From: Candidatus Parcubacteria bacterium
GTDB lineage: Bacteria; Patescibacteriota; Minisyncoccia; UBA6257; HR35
Assembly (NCBI GenBank): GCA_026004535.1
Contig: BPJI01000001.1
Coordinates: forward strand, 497,424-556,583
Direction of reading: 5' to 3'
DNA length: 59,160 nt
A program made the position numbers and the translations under genes. The notes beneath the pieces are model-generated. The model was not told the origin of the DNA. It saw nothing but the letters and a program-made list of their open reading frames with translations, and searched no databases. Position 1 is the first letter of the stretch; every line of letters starts with the position of its first letter. Below are positions 1 to 12,081 of this stretch, piece after piece.

Positions 1-1605
<1,605 letters not shown>

Positions 1606-1609
<4 letters not shown>

Positions 1610-3117
1610 TTTTTATAATTTTCAAAAAAATAAAAAAGTGATTCTTTCAATTTTGATTCTATTTCCTCAGTCAAATCTTTTTGATTTATAATTTCAGTTA
1701 AAATCTCTTTCTTTTCTAATTCTAAATATTCCAAAAGTTTGACTTCAATTTCTTTTATTTCTCCAATTTCAAAATCGTCAAAAAAACCATTATTAGCGGC
1801 ATAAATTAAAATTGAGATTTTATCAAAAGTTAATGGTTTAAAATTTTCTTGTCTAAGAATCTCCATCAATATTTTACCTCGCTTTAATTTTTTAGCAATT
1901 TCTTCGGGAAGCTCAGCAGATAATTTAGCAAATTCTTCCAATTCTCTAAATTGGGCTAAATCAAGTTTTAATTTACCAGCAACTTTTTTCATTATTTTAG
2001 TTTGAGCCTTTGAACCAACACGCGAAACTGAAAGCCCGATGTTGATTGCTGGCCGAAAATTAGCCTTGAAAAGATCAGTGGCTAAATAAATCTGACCATC
2101 GGTAATAGAAATTAAGTTAGTAGGAATATAGGCCGAAACATCTCCCAATTGTGTTTCGCAAATAGGCAAAGCAGTTAGACTACCACCATTTTTTAATTTC
2201 GCTGCCCTTTCTAAAAGTCTTGAGTGAATATAAAAAATATCACCTGGATAAGCTTCTCTCCCTACAGGTCTTTTTAAAAGTAAAGAAATTTCTCTCCAAG
2301 CCCAAGCATGTTTAGTTAAATCATCATAGATTACTAAAGCATCCTCTCCTTTATCTCGAAAATATTCGCCTATACTACAACCAGCATAAGGAGCTAAATA
2401 AAGCAAAATTGGCGAATCTTCTGGTGTAGTTGCTACAATAATGGTATAATCTAAAGCTCCTTCTTTTTTTAAAATTTCGTATATTCTTCTAATTTTTGAC
2501 ATTTTCTGTCCAATAGCAACATAAATACAAATAGGGGTTCGATAAGGATCGTTTTTTTGATTCAAAATAACATCTAAGGCTATTGAAGTCTTACCAGTTT
2601 GTCTATCTCCCAAAATAAGTTCCCTTTGTCCTCTACCAATTGGTATTAAAGCGTCAATAATCTTAATACCAGTATGTAAGGGAAGATCAACTGGTTCTCT
2701 TTCAAAAACACTCGGGGCTTTTCTTTCTAAAGGCAAATAATTATTGCTATTAATTGGTGATAAATCATCCAAAGGTCTGCCCAATGGATCAATAACTCTG
2801 CCTATGATTTCCTCGCCGACTGGCACTTGAATAATATTTTTTGTTCTTTTTACTAAATCACCTTTTTGAATCTTTTCAAAATCGTTAAAAGCAACCGCAC
2901 CGATTAAGCCTTCTTCTAAATTTAAAACTAAAAGAAATATATTTTTTTCTTCAATAGTTAAAACTTCAGAAACAAAAGCATTTCTCAAACCACTAATCCA
3001 AACAACACCATCGCCAACTCTTATTATTTCTCCTATTTCTTCGATTTCTGAAAAAATTTCTAATTTTTCAATTTCCTTTTCTAATTTTTCAATTAAAAAA
3101 CTTAAATCATCTATCAT
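1606..3117 (-). CDS. atpA: F-type ATP synthase alpha subunit
   Basis: 503 aa; Walker A GDRQTGKTSIALD; long alpha-type conserved blocks (YDDLTKHAWAWREISLLLKRPVGREAYPGDIFYIHSRLLERAA). Confidence 0.97.
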
Positions 3118-3485
3118 TATTTAAAGATTTTTAAAATTAAATTTCTTAGTGAAAAATCAATCAAAAAATCATCACTTTTTATTCTGCCACCTAAAATTAA
3201 ATTCTTATCTATTACTTTCTCCTCAAACCTTATTTTAAAACCAAATTTTTCCTCTATTAATTTTTCGATTCTTTTTTCATCAAAATCAAAAGCTAAAAAT
3301 AATTTTGCTGGTTGATAACCTAATAATTGAATATTTTTTCTGAACAAGTAATCCTTCAACTGAAATAAAATAAAGAAATTTCCTTCAGCCCTAATCCTTT
3401 CTAAAAGATAATCAATCAAATTCCATTTTTTCCTTTCTAGTAGTTTAATTATAACCTCTCCTAAAACTTCAATTTTGTTTATCAT
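3117..3485 (-). CDS. atpH: probable ATP synthase delta (OSCP) subunit, short form
   Basis: 122-aa ORF between b and alpha subunits with overlapping start and stop; call rests on operon position, sequence is weakly informative. Confidence 0.55.
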   Translation of the reverse strand: MINKIEVLGEVIIKLLERKKWNLIDYLLERIRAEGNFFILFQLKDYLFRKNIQLLGYQPAKLFLAFDFDEKRIEKLIEEKFGFKIRFEEKVIDKNLILGGRIKSDDFLIDFSLRNLILKIFK

Positions 3486-3963
3486 TGTTTAGAATATTTA
3501 GAATAAATTTTTCATTTAATTCCTGCTTCCCAAAAATTTTTTCAGCTAATTTCAGCATCACCTTAGGAATATCATTTTTAAGCTGCTGATGAAATGCTTC
3601 TTGTTTTTTCATTTTATCTTCTTCCATTTCAGCTATCATTTTTTTTCTTAATTCTTCAATCTCATTTAAAATTTCAGCAATTCTTTCTTTCTTGAATTTT
3701 TCAACCTCTTCTTTGGCTTGTCTTTTTTCTTCGAGAATTCTGGTTAAATTTTTCTTCTTTAAATATTTAATTTTTAACAATAATCTTTCAGCTTCTTCTC
3801 TAAGTTTTAATCCTTCTTGAATATTTTTTCTCCTTTCTTCGATTATTTGCCCTAATGGTTTAGCAAAAAATTTATAAATAATAAAGAAAACAATAAAAAA
3901 ATTAATAACCTGAAAAATTAAAATCTTAAAATCAATACCGAAAGCTTTCAATAATTGATCCAT
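3469..3963 (-). CDS. atpF: ATP synthase F0 subunit b
   Basis: 164 aa; one N-terminal TM helix (ILIFQVINFFIVFFIIYKFF) followed by a long charged coiled coil; operon position. Confidence 0.8.
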   Translation of the reverse strand: MDQLLKAFGIDFKILIFQVINFFIVFFIIYKFFAKPLGQIIEERRKNIQEGLKLREEAERLLLKIKYLKKKNLTRILEEKRQAKEEVEKFKKERIAEILNEIEELRKKMIAEMEEDKMKKQEAFHQQLKNDIPKVMLKLAEKIFGKQELNEKFILNILNNDKQN

Positions 3964-4191
3964 TTAGGTAAATTTAAATATTAACGACATAACCAAGGCA
4001 TAAATAGCAATGGCTTCGGCGAAAGCAATTGCTAAAATCATAGCTGTTTGAATTTTTGAACTAGCCTCAGGATTGCGGCTAATTGACTTCACTGCTTCAC
4101 TTCCAATTTTACCAATAGCAAGAGCCGGACCTATTACCCCTATAGCAATAGTAAAGGAAGCAGCAATTAGTTTAAAAATTTCTGGGCTCAT
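3964..4191 (-). CDS. atpE: ATP synthase F0 subunit c (proteolipid)
   Basis: 75-aa two-helix hairpin; Gly-rich helix 1 (IGVIGPALAIG); carboxylate in helix 2 (AIAFAEAIAIYALV). Confidence 0.9.
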   Translation of the reverse strand: MSPEIFKLIAASFTIAIGVIGPALAIGKIGSEAVKSISRNPEASSKIQTAMILAIAFAEAIAIYALVMSLIFKFT

Positions 4192-4198
4192 TTTTTAA

Positions 4199-4891
4199 TT
4201 AGTGTTCACTTAATGCGACCCTTAAAAAAACACTAGTTAAAGCAAAAAATATTAAAGCTTGAACAAAACCAACAAAAATTTCCAAAAACAAAAACGGTAA
4301 AGGAGCTAAAAAGGCCATAAGAAAACTAATTGTTAAAATCAAAACTTCACCGGCAAAAATATTACCAAAAAGTCTAAAGCTAAAAGAAATAATCTTGGAA
4401 AATTCAGAAATTATTTCTAAAACACCTATTGGATTTAAAAATCTCCTAAAATAATGAAAACTTTTCTTTGATAAGGCTATTAAATTAATAGCGCCAACTG
4501 AAATTAATGCTAAAGCCAAAGCCATATTTAAATCAGAATAAGCAGTTCTTAAAAGATGAATTTTCTCTTCGTGATGTTTAAGATAGATACTCCCAAATCC
4601 TGGGAAAATTCCCAACCAATTACTAATTAAAATATAAATAAAAAAACTAAAACAAAAAGCAAAAATTTTTATATTTTTTATTCCCGTTGTTTCTTGCCAA
4701 AAATTATAAACTTTTTCAAAAATAATTTCCATTAATAATTGAATTTTTAATGGTTGTTTTTCTTTAAGGTTTTTTCTAAGAATAAAAGAAAAAACTATTA
4801 AAATCAAAACGGCTACAAAACCAGCTAAAAGAGTATTAGTCACTTTCAAAAAATTATTTTCAAAAATTACTTCTGGTTTTAAACTGATCAT
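4199..4891 (-). CDS. atpB: ATP synthase F0 subunit a
   Basis: 230-aa polytopic protein with the conserved Arg motif RLFGNIFAGE; first gene of the operon. Confidence 0.9.
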   Translation of the reverse strand: MISLKPEVIFENNFLKVTNTLLAGFVAVLILIVFSFILRKNLKEKQPLKIQLLMEIIFEKVYNFWQETTGIKNIKIFAFCFSFFIYILISNWLGIFPGFGSIYLKHHEEKIHLLRTAYSDLNMALALALISVGAINLIALSKKSFHYFRRFLNPIGVLEIISEFSKIISFSFRLFGNIFAGEVLILTISFLMAFLAPLPFLFLEIFVGFVQALIFFALTSVFLRVALSEH

Positions 4892-5502
4892 TTTAATATC
4901 TTATTTTAACAAAAATTAAAAAAATTAACAATAATTTTAACCAAGTAGCTCAGACAACCTAAAACTATAGAAAAAATAATTTTATAATGTCTTATTTATA
5001 TTATTTCTTATAAAGAAGTCGGTATTTTAACTAAAGTATCTGTTAAAAATCAATCCCCTATTTTTTCTCGGTCTAAGTTTTGCCTAATCGTGATTTACTT
5101 TATTATGAAGTTAATAAAACCCGGAAATCTTTTCGAAATAAATCTTTAACTTTTTAGGTAATTAATAAGATTAAGGTTAGATTTTATATTTTGATTGGTA
5201 TTGCTGAAAATGATAAAATTCGAGAAATATCTTAGGCGATATTTAATAGTTCTGATTTAATGGATAAAAAAGGAAAAAGAATTATTATAAAAATTAAGAA
5301 AGAAATTTAAAAAACAAGGAAAGGTAAATAAAGAAAATTAATCATGATTAATACTTTTTGATTATTCTTAATAAAAATGAATGATTTGTTTCATTCTTTT
5401 CAAGTAACTAGAAGAAATTGTTTTTGAACGAGATAGGTTTATTTTTCTCAATTATTAACAAAGTTATTGTTGCCAACCCACTAGATATAAAATCTAATAT
5501 TT

Positions 5503-5826
5503 TTAAATTTTAGCTATTAAGATCGATAAACCAAAACTAATTATAGAAACAATAAAGAGTATCAACCAACGAAAGAGAAATTTCTTCAATGACCATTTTG
5601 AATCTTTTTTGATGAAACTAAAAATAATGGCAAGGATTAAAAAGATTATGCCCAGACCAACAAAAAGAAACGGCCAAATATAAGCTAAACCCCTTAGATC
5701 GAGCCAACCAGTAGCTTGAGTTTGAGAAATTTTCACACCAATACCAAAGAAAAGAAAAATTGAAACCACCAAACTTAACAAAGAAAGAAAACTAAATATC
5801 TTTCGTAGGGTAATAAAAATTTTCAT
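5503..5826 (-). CDS. small integral membrane protein, unknown function
   Basis: 107-aa ORF with 3-4 hydrophobic helices; no family recognised. Confidence 0.4.
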   Translation of the reverse strand: MKIFITLRKIFSFLSLLSLVVSIFLFFGIGVKISQTQATGWLDLRGLAYIWPFLFVGLGIIFLILAIIFSFIKKDSKWSLKKFLFRWLILFIVSIISFGLSILIAKI

Positions 5827-5868
5827 AATTGCATTAATTTTATATTATTTTAATTTTAATTTTAATTT

Positions 5869-6135
5869 TCATTCTCTACCAAGTTTCAATATCACATCGC
5901 CGTATTCTTTCATAGCTTTTTTTACTGCTGCCTCAATTAATTTTTTCTGCTGAATAGTTAGTGTTTTACCTCTCAAATAATCAATTTCATTAGCGGGAAT
6001 ATAATATCTCCCATCAATCTTTTTGGCTCTAATTAAACCAGCCTTTATTTTCTTAAAAACAGCAACCCTACTAATTCCAAGCATCCTCGCTAATTCAGTT
6101 ATAGTTAAAAATTGTTTATTTTGCTTATTTTTCAT
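5869..6135 (-). CDS. helix-turn-helix DNA-binding protein (excisionase/MerR-type HTH)
   Basis: 88 aa; LTITELARMLGISRVAVFKKIKAGLIRAKKIDGRYYI is the typical excisionase-family HTH plus wing. Confidence 0.7.
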   Translation of the reverse strand: MKNKQNKQFLTITELARMLGISRVAVFKKIKAGLIRAKKIDGRYYIPANEIDYLRGKTLTIQQKKLIEAAVKKAMKEYGDVILKLGRE

Positions 6136-6299
6136 TATTAACCATTATGCCATACTAATTCTAATTTACCCATATCATTAAAATAGTGGAAAGTTTTCCT
6201 CCTCGAATCAATCATTATTTCGTTTATTCAATTTTTAATACCAAGCAACATTTTAATAGGGGTCAATCCTAAAAAACAAGAAGATGCGGGGGAGTGAAT

Positions 6300-6348
6300 A
6301 TACAAAACAACATTCTCACATTCTGCAGAATGTGAGAATGTTTTGTAT
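6300..6348. repeat. palindromic repeat, short form (variant with compensated arms, centre CTGCAG)
   Basis: ATACAAAACAACATTCTCACATTCTGCAGAATGTGAGAATGTTTTGTAT; member of the family also at 15109, 15831, 20361, 20772, 51465, 54183. Confidence 0.9.
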
Positions 6349-6419
6349 CGCAAAAAAGAATTTAGAAGAATATTTTAAAAAATTAAAAAGTGATTTTTAT
6401 TTTTTTAAAAATAAAACCA

Positions 6420-8429
6420 TCATCTCTCAAATATGCTTTCTTCAATTATAATTTTTTGAAGCTCTGCCTTTATTTTATTTGGATTTATTTTTTCAAGACC
6501 TTCGAGAGGATAGACTTGAGAAAAATTTTGAAAATCTTCAAAAAATTCTCTCCAAGCTTTTTCTTCTTCGCCGGCAAAGATTAAATTTAATGTCTTATTC
6601 AATAATGGTAAAAGCCAATTATCATTCTGCCAATTTTTCTTCTGAAGTTCTTCTTCGTATTTTTCTGCCTTTTCAAGATATTTAGATTTAAAATCTTGAT
6701 TACTCTTTATAAATTTACCATTGTCTATTAAGAAATATTCATCAACACATGGCGCTGTTTCATTAAAATCATAGCAAAAACATCTATATCGTGGATTTTG
6801 AGGTGTATAAAAATCTTCTTCTTTTTTCTTTATATATTCGAGATTTTCTAAAACCGAATCACAAAAATCTTCGTAACAAAAATTTTTTTCTGCCTTTAAA
6901 TACAATTTGCCATTTTTTCTCATTAATAATGGAATATGCCTTAAACTTAATTTGCTTTCAAGTATATCTTTATATACTGAATAGATTGTATTCCTTTCGA
7001 TAGGATAACAAAGACCCCTTGGTTTTGAAACGGTTCTTTCAATTAAATATAAAAAATCCATATATTTAAAAAAATAAATTTCTCCTCCATAATCAGATAT
7101 CCACAAATCTAATACTCGTGATTGATTATTACTCCCATTTTTTACTATATTTAATTCAAGGCTTTCGCCACATTGATAAGCACCACAGGATAGACCCGTT
7201 GAGTTAATAATATATTGCAAATTATTTATAATAAACATAAATCCATCTCTTAAGGTGGTTATAAACTTTCGTTCGATCGTCAATCCCCCTATTATATTTT
7301 TTCCTTCTTTCAAATCTCCTAATCGTATTTCTATAAATTTATTTACTGATGAATTATTTGTTATTGTAGAATTTTCTGATAAACGTGTCTCTTTTTTAGT
7401 TTCGGAAACATTCAAATAACAATAATCTTTATTCTTTTCATTTTGTAGTTTTTCACAAATATATTGATTCTGAGTATTTAAAGCAATGTCCCAGTAACAA
7501 TAGTCTTTTATGTCTTCATCGTCTATTTTTTCGCAAATAGATGGATTTTGCTGAAGCACGGCAATTGATCGATAACACCATCCTTTTTTTAGTTTATCTT
7601 CAATTTTATTACAAATAGATAGATTTTGAGTGATCTCGCCTACCACTTGATAACAATAGCTTTTTCCATATAAATAATTCTTAATATTTTCACAAAAAGA
7701 TATATTTTGTTTGGCTTGAGCAATGCTTTGATAACAAAAATCTTTAAAACACCAATCCCATACACTTACTTCATTACAAACAATCTTATCACAAATAGAT
7801 GAATCTTGTTTAACTTGAGCAATTCTTGAATAACAATAGTCTTTTTTGTTTGAATAATATAACTTATCACAAATAGATAAATCTTGTTTGATTACGGCGA
7901 GCAATTTATAACAATCATCTTTTACAAAAGAATCATTTATTTTGTCACAAATATATAAATCTTGTTTAGCTTGAGCAACTTTTAAATAACAATTATTTTT
8001 GAAATATTCATTGTTTTCATAATAATTTTCGTTCTCTTCGTATTGAATTTTATCGCAAATAGATAAATCCTTTTTTGTTTCAGCGATTTTTAAATAACAA
8101 TAGTACTTTTTAGTCTTATCGTTTATTCTATCACAAATAGATAAATCTTGTCTTTCTTCTGCAATATCCAAATAACAAAAGTTTTTTACCCATTCTTTTT
8201 GTATCTTGTCACAAATTAAAAAATCTTGTTCGGATTTAGCAAAATTCCAATAACAGCTATCTTTTTGTTCTTCTTGCACATTATTACAGATTTCTAAAAT
8301 GTTTTTTATTTGTAATTTAATGTTTAATTTTTCTTTAATGTTTAAAGTTCCAAAATTTCGAACTAAATATATTATTAAAAAAGATAATCCTAATAAAATT
8401 ATCAAGGATAAAAATAGCCTTTTTCTCAT
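6420..8429 (-). CDS. secreted/anchored Cys-repeat protein (about 10 tandem ~26-aa CY..IA...QD.SICDKI repeats plus ~330-aa C-terminal domain)
   Basis: 669 aa; N-terminal hydrophobic signal/anchor LFLSLIILLGLSFLIIYL; repeat read directly from the translation; no family name recognised. Confidence 0.8.
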   Translation of the reverse strand: MRKRLFLSLIILLGLSFLIIYLVRNFGTLNIKEKLNIKLQIKNILEICNNVQEEQKDSCYWNFAKSEQDFLICDKIQKEWVKNFCYLDIAEERQDLSICDRINDKTKKYYCYLKIAETKKDLSICDKIQYEENENYYENNEYFKNNCYLKVAQAKQDLYICDKINDSFVKDDCYKLLAVIKQDLSICDKLYYSNKKDYCYSRIAQVKQDSSICDKIVCNEVSVWDWCFKDFCYQSIAQAKQNISFCENIKNYLYGKSYCYQVVGEITQNLSICNKIEDKLKKGWCYRSIAVLQQNPSICEKIDDEDIKDYCYWDIALNTQNQYICEKLQNEKNKDYCYLNVSETKKETRLSENSTITNNSSVNKFIEIRLGDLKEGKNIIGGLTIERKFITTLRDGFMFIINNLQYIINSTGLSCGAYQCGESLELNIVKNGSNNQSRVLDLWISDYGGEIYFFKYMDFLYLIERTVSKPRGLCYPIERNTIYSVYKDILESKLSLRHIPLLMRKNGKLYLKAEKNFCYEDFCDSVLENLEYIKKKEEDFYTPQNPRYRCFCYDFNETAPCVDEYFLIDNGKFIKSNQDFKSKYLEKAEKYEEELQKKNWQNDNWLLPLLNKTLNLIFAGEEEKAWREFFEDFQNFSQVYPLEGLEKINPNKIKAELQKIIIEESIFER

Positions 8430-8578
8430 TTAATCTTATTGTTTAATTATATCATGACTCTCTTTATCAAATAATTGCTCTTTTATTTTTTTCATCGTAA
8501 CCTCAAAGCATCTTTCAATTTTTTAAATCGTTCATTATTTCTTAATTTCGGGAAAAATCTCGTATCAATTAGCTCGTA

Positions 8579-9043
8579 TCAATTAGGATAATCATTGTAT
8601 ATTTTAATCCTATATGCAGATAATAATCTTTGATAGTGCGAAAATTCAGGACATAATTTTTTAACCAATAGCCAAAATTCTTTGCGATGATTTCTAATTA
8701 ATAAATGACACATTTCATGAATAACAACATACTTTATCAATTCTTATGGCAAAAATTTTAATTTTTTATTCAAAATAATTTTTCCATCCAGACTACAACT
8801 TCCCCACCTTGCCTTCATCAACCTAAAAGAAACTTTATTTGGCTTAACATTCAAAATTGAACTAACTTCATCTATATATCTTTCAACAATACCCTCCAAA
8901 TCATTATGAGCATAAACTTTCAAATTCTCACTCAAACTTTTTATCTCCTCCAACAAAGCAAACTTCTTCTCCAACCACCTTTTATGCCTCTCAACAACTT
9001 CCTTAACATTTCCATCAAAATTTTCCGGCACAATCACCTTCAA
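8579..9043 (-). pseudogene. YgjP-like (DUF45/M48-type) metallopeptidase remnant with in-frame TAA before the HExxH motif
   Basis: ORF 8744..9043 ends ...LNKKLKFLP then TAA. The same frame continues ELIKYVVIHEMCHLLIRNHRKEFWLLVKKLCPEFSHYQRLL... to TGA at 8579..8581. The N-terminus also looks truncated (TTG start only). Confidence 0.7.
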
Positions 9044-9265
9044 CCTAAAATCCCTAATCTCTAAACTTAAGTATTTACTTTTCTTTTAATCACCAAGTAA
9101 TCTTTCATTATTTTCTGCTATAGCAATGAATAATGAAACATTCAGATAAACTAATTTGAAATGTGTGGTATAATATTAATGTAATCACGATGGGGGGACT
9201 ACCAAAGGGTTTCGTCCCGCGGGAATGCCCCCTGTTTTTATTTAGATATTAATTTTTTCACAAAA

Positions 9266-11497
9266 CTAAAGCGCCAATTCTAACCAATTATCAAAAGAAT
9301 TAGCTTTAAAATGTTTACTTGTTTTATTAAAATATATCCAACGTCCTCGATAATTTCGTAAATCAGTATTGGTAACTATCCCACCAAAAAGTTTTTTACC
9401 TTTCTTATTTTCGATTTGGATATACTTGTATAAGCCATCAATTTTTGGACCGGCAACCTGCTTTGTTAATCCTGCTTTAGTATCGAGTAAACCAATTCTT
9501 CCATCTTTAAGCTTTATAATAAAGTCAACATAAAAAGGCTTTATTTCATTACTTATTAAGTAAGGAATAGCAAAAAATTTTCTGTCTCTATCTTCGTTTT
9601 TAAACCACCAAACAACTTTATCAGATTTTTCTAAAAATTTTATAAATGCTTTTTCTAAGTCGGACTGAAATCTCCCATAAAATGGCTTCATTACTGATTT
9701 TTTAACATTTTCTTTCTTATACTCACCCCAATACTCAATTTTCTCTGGTATGTTCCAATTTTCTACAAATTTTATCTCTGGTTCTCTCTTTGAAACTTCT
9801 TTTATATATTCACTTTTAGCTTTATCAATAACATTTTTAAAATGATCTATGTTATTTTCACTTAATACAATTTTAATTATTTCTTCTTCATCTTCTCCCC
9901 ATTTTGTTTTAAATTCTAATTGAAAAAATTTATAAATTGATTGCTTTACTTTATCCACTGATCTATCTTCAGGATATAAAGAAACCTCACCCCCTCTTAA
10001 GCTTTCCCTTACAAAAAAATCAAATAATTTTTGATAATCATAGCTTTTCATTTTAATCGGTCTATCTCCAACTAAAACTTTACCAGTTAAAACATCAATA
10101 TCTTCAGCTTTCCAATCACTAAACACCCTCATATCCATTTTTTGCGATTTCCTATTAATTTTCTTTTTTAATCTATAATTTTTTGCTATATTTAAAAAAA
10201 TATTAATAAACAATGGCGATAATCTTGTTTTTTCTCGATGGCGCACTGAATAACAAGACAATAAATTGATTGGTTTGTATTCTGGAATTCTCTCACTTGT
10301 ATATATCGCTAAATAACCACCAGCTAAATCTTCTTTTACTTCAATATCACTTAAATTTGTATAAATATAACCATAATTTAAAATTTCACTTTTATAATGT
10401 CCATTGTCCGGCTCAGGCATTCGCATAATCCTACCAACTGTTTGAATTGAAAAAATAGGGCTGTGCCATTCTCTAAACAAAACTAAAATTTGTGCTCTCG
10501 GGCAATCCCAACCCAAAGCTATTGCTTCTTTAAAAAGTAAAACCTCAACTTCGCTATCCGGTTTTTCTACCTCTTCTTTATTAATATGCTCGCCAGATAA
10601 CCAAACTGCTAATCTACCATTAGTAGTTGTAATTTTATATTTGTCTCTTAATATTCTTATAACCAAATCTTTATGTTCTAATTCTGTTTTACCAATTTGT
10701 CTTGGTAATTGAATTAATACTAACGGATTAACTTTTGCTCCTTCTTTTTGATATGCTTTCACTAATTCTTCACGTTTTTTCAATGCCGCATCAATCACTA
10801 ATTCATCACTACTTCCACTTAACTTAGATTCGATCTTCCCTTTTTTAATGAGATTTATAAATTGATCATTAAGAATAATTGCTTTTTTAATCATCCCTTC
10901 TTTTTTAACTTCTTCAAGATCAACAGACACCATATCATCTGGATTTTTCAGAACCGGAGTCGCTGAAACCTCTATGGTTAATTTTGGTCCAATCATATTA
11001 ATCAAGCCCTGAGAAATTTCACTAGTTGCGTGATGATGTGCTTCATCAATAATCAAAATTATCTCTCTACCCTCTTCTTTGGTTCTTTCTAATACTTTAG
11101 ATAAATTAAATTCTTGCTCATTATCTCGAATATAAACGTTGTCTTTTTTATTTATACTTTCCCAGTTAAAAAATAAAATTTCATTCTCGCTAATTTTTCT
11201 ATCATCCAAGTCCTCAAAAAATGAACACTTTAACACCCGACTTGTTTCAAAATAATTTTCTAACTTTTCTCGGCTTTGAATATGAAGTTGTCTTGGCGCG
11301 GTCCAAATAAAACTAAGCGCCTGTTTAACTTCTCTATCATCAACTAATTGTTTCAAAAACTCCGCCATCATTATTGTTTTTCCCGAACCCGTCGGCGCTT
11401 TAAAAACTAATTTTTTACCACCACTTAAATTCAAAAGCCTTTTAGCTTTCGTCAATAACTCATCTATTGCGTTTTGTTGGTAAATTTTTAGTTGCAT
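9266..11497 (-). CDS. res: Type III restriction enzyme Res subunit (SF2 helicase + PD-(D/E)xK nuclease)
   Basis: 743 aa; helicase motif I APTGSGKT, motif II IIDEAHH; C-terminal YVDF...LLDTKAG nuclease-like motif; lies downstream of a Type III-like mod gene. Confidence 0.85.
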   Translation of the reverse strand: MQLKIYQQNAIDELLTKAKRLLNLSGGKKLVFKAPTGSGKTIMMAEFLKQLVDDREVKQALSFIWTAPRQLHIQSREKLENYFETSRVLKCSFFEDLDDRKISENEILFFNWESINKKDNVYIRDNEQEFNLSKVLERTKEEGREIILIIDEAHHHATSEISQGLINMIGPKLTIEVSATPVLKNPDDMVSVDLEEVKKEGMIKKAIILNDQFINLIKKGKIESKLSGSSDELVIDAALKKREELVKAYQKEGAKVNPLVLIQLPRQIGKTELEHKDLVIRILRDKYKITTTNGRLAVWLSGEHINKEEVEKPDSEVEVLLFKEAIALGWDCPRAQILVLFREWHSPIFSIQTVGRIMRMPEPDNGHYKSEILNYGYIYTNLSDIEVKEDLAGGYLAIYTSERIPEYKPINLLSCYSVRHREKTRLSPLFINIFLNIAKNYRLKKKINRKSQKMDMRVFSDWKAEDIDVLTGKVLVGDRPIKMKSYDYQKLFDFFVRESLRGGEVSLYPEDRSVDKVKQSIYKFFQLEFKTKWGEDEEEIIKIVLSENNIDHFKNVIDKAKSEYIKEVSKREPEIKFVENWNIPEKIEYWGEYKKENVKKSVMKPFYGRFQSDLEKAFIKFLEKSDKVVWWFKNEDRDRKFFAIPYLISNEIKPFYVDFIIKLKDGRIGLLDTKAGLTKQVAGPKIDGLYKYIQIENKKGKKLFGGIVTNTDLRNYRGRWIYFNKTSKHFKANSFDNWLELAL

Positions 11498-11811
11498 ATA
11501 TTTATTTCTTTTTCGCTAATCAAATCATCGATATCTGGTATTTCAAAATTTTCTATTGGTTTAATATAATTTAAAAGATAATGTTCTAAAGAAAATTCGC
11601 CTTCTTTTAAAATATTTAAAGTATCCCCGTCATCCTCTTTTTCTAATTCTTGCCATTTGCTCATATTTATTGGCCCTTCTAAATAGCTTTCTTTATCTGG
11701 AACAATGATTTTCTTATTAAGATAATCGTAAAGTCCCAAAGAAACATCTACTGGTACTATTTGGTATAAAAATTTTCTAATTAAATTCATTTTTAATGTC
11801 AAACCTTTCAA
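11488..11811 (-). CDS. hypothetical acidic protein, possibly the 3' part of a frameshifted gene
   Basis: 107-aa ORF (TTG start) overlapping the res start by 10 nt. Its frame is open up to 11850. An adjoining frame is open 11823..12098 with no ATG/GTG/TTG until near its end. Confidence 0.4.
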   Translation of the reverse strand: MKGLTLKMNLIRKFLYQIVPVDVSLGLYDYLNKKIIVPDKESYLEGPINMSKWQELEKEDDGDTLNILKEGEFSLEHYLLNYIKPIENFEIPDIDDLISEKEINICN

Positions 11812-12081
11812 AAATATTTCTAAATCATCAATAAAAAATTTTTCTGGTTTTTAAAAACACACTTAAACATTACATCACTTTTTGGATTAAGTATTAATTT
11901 ATCACTAATAAGTTGGGTTAAGATTTCTTTGGATATTTTTGATAACCAATTTATAACGGGGAGCTTATTGAGCCTTAATTGTTCTGGATCAAAATATTTT
12001 GGTATTTTACTAAAATCTTTCTCAACCGGATATATAGTTAATTGCCATTTCTCAATAGATAAGAGTTTTGCTACTATTTTT

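Noticed and set aside
4892-5502. 610-bp ORF-free spacer upstream of atpB, inspected for an RNA gene or atpI-like ORF
   Set aside because: No tRNA-like T-loop, GC-rich stems, repeats or convincing small ORF were found. It is very AT-rich and probably a promoter or spacer region.
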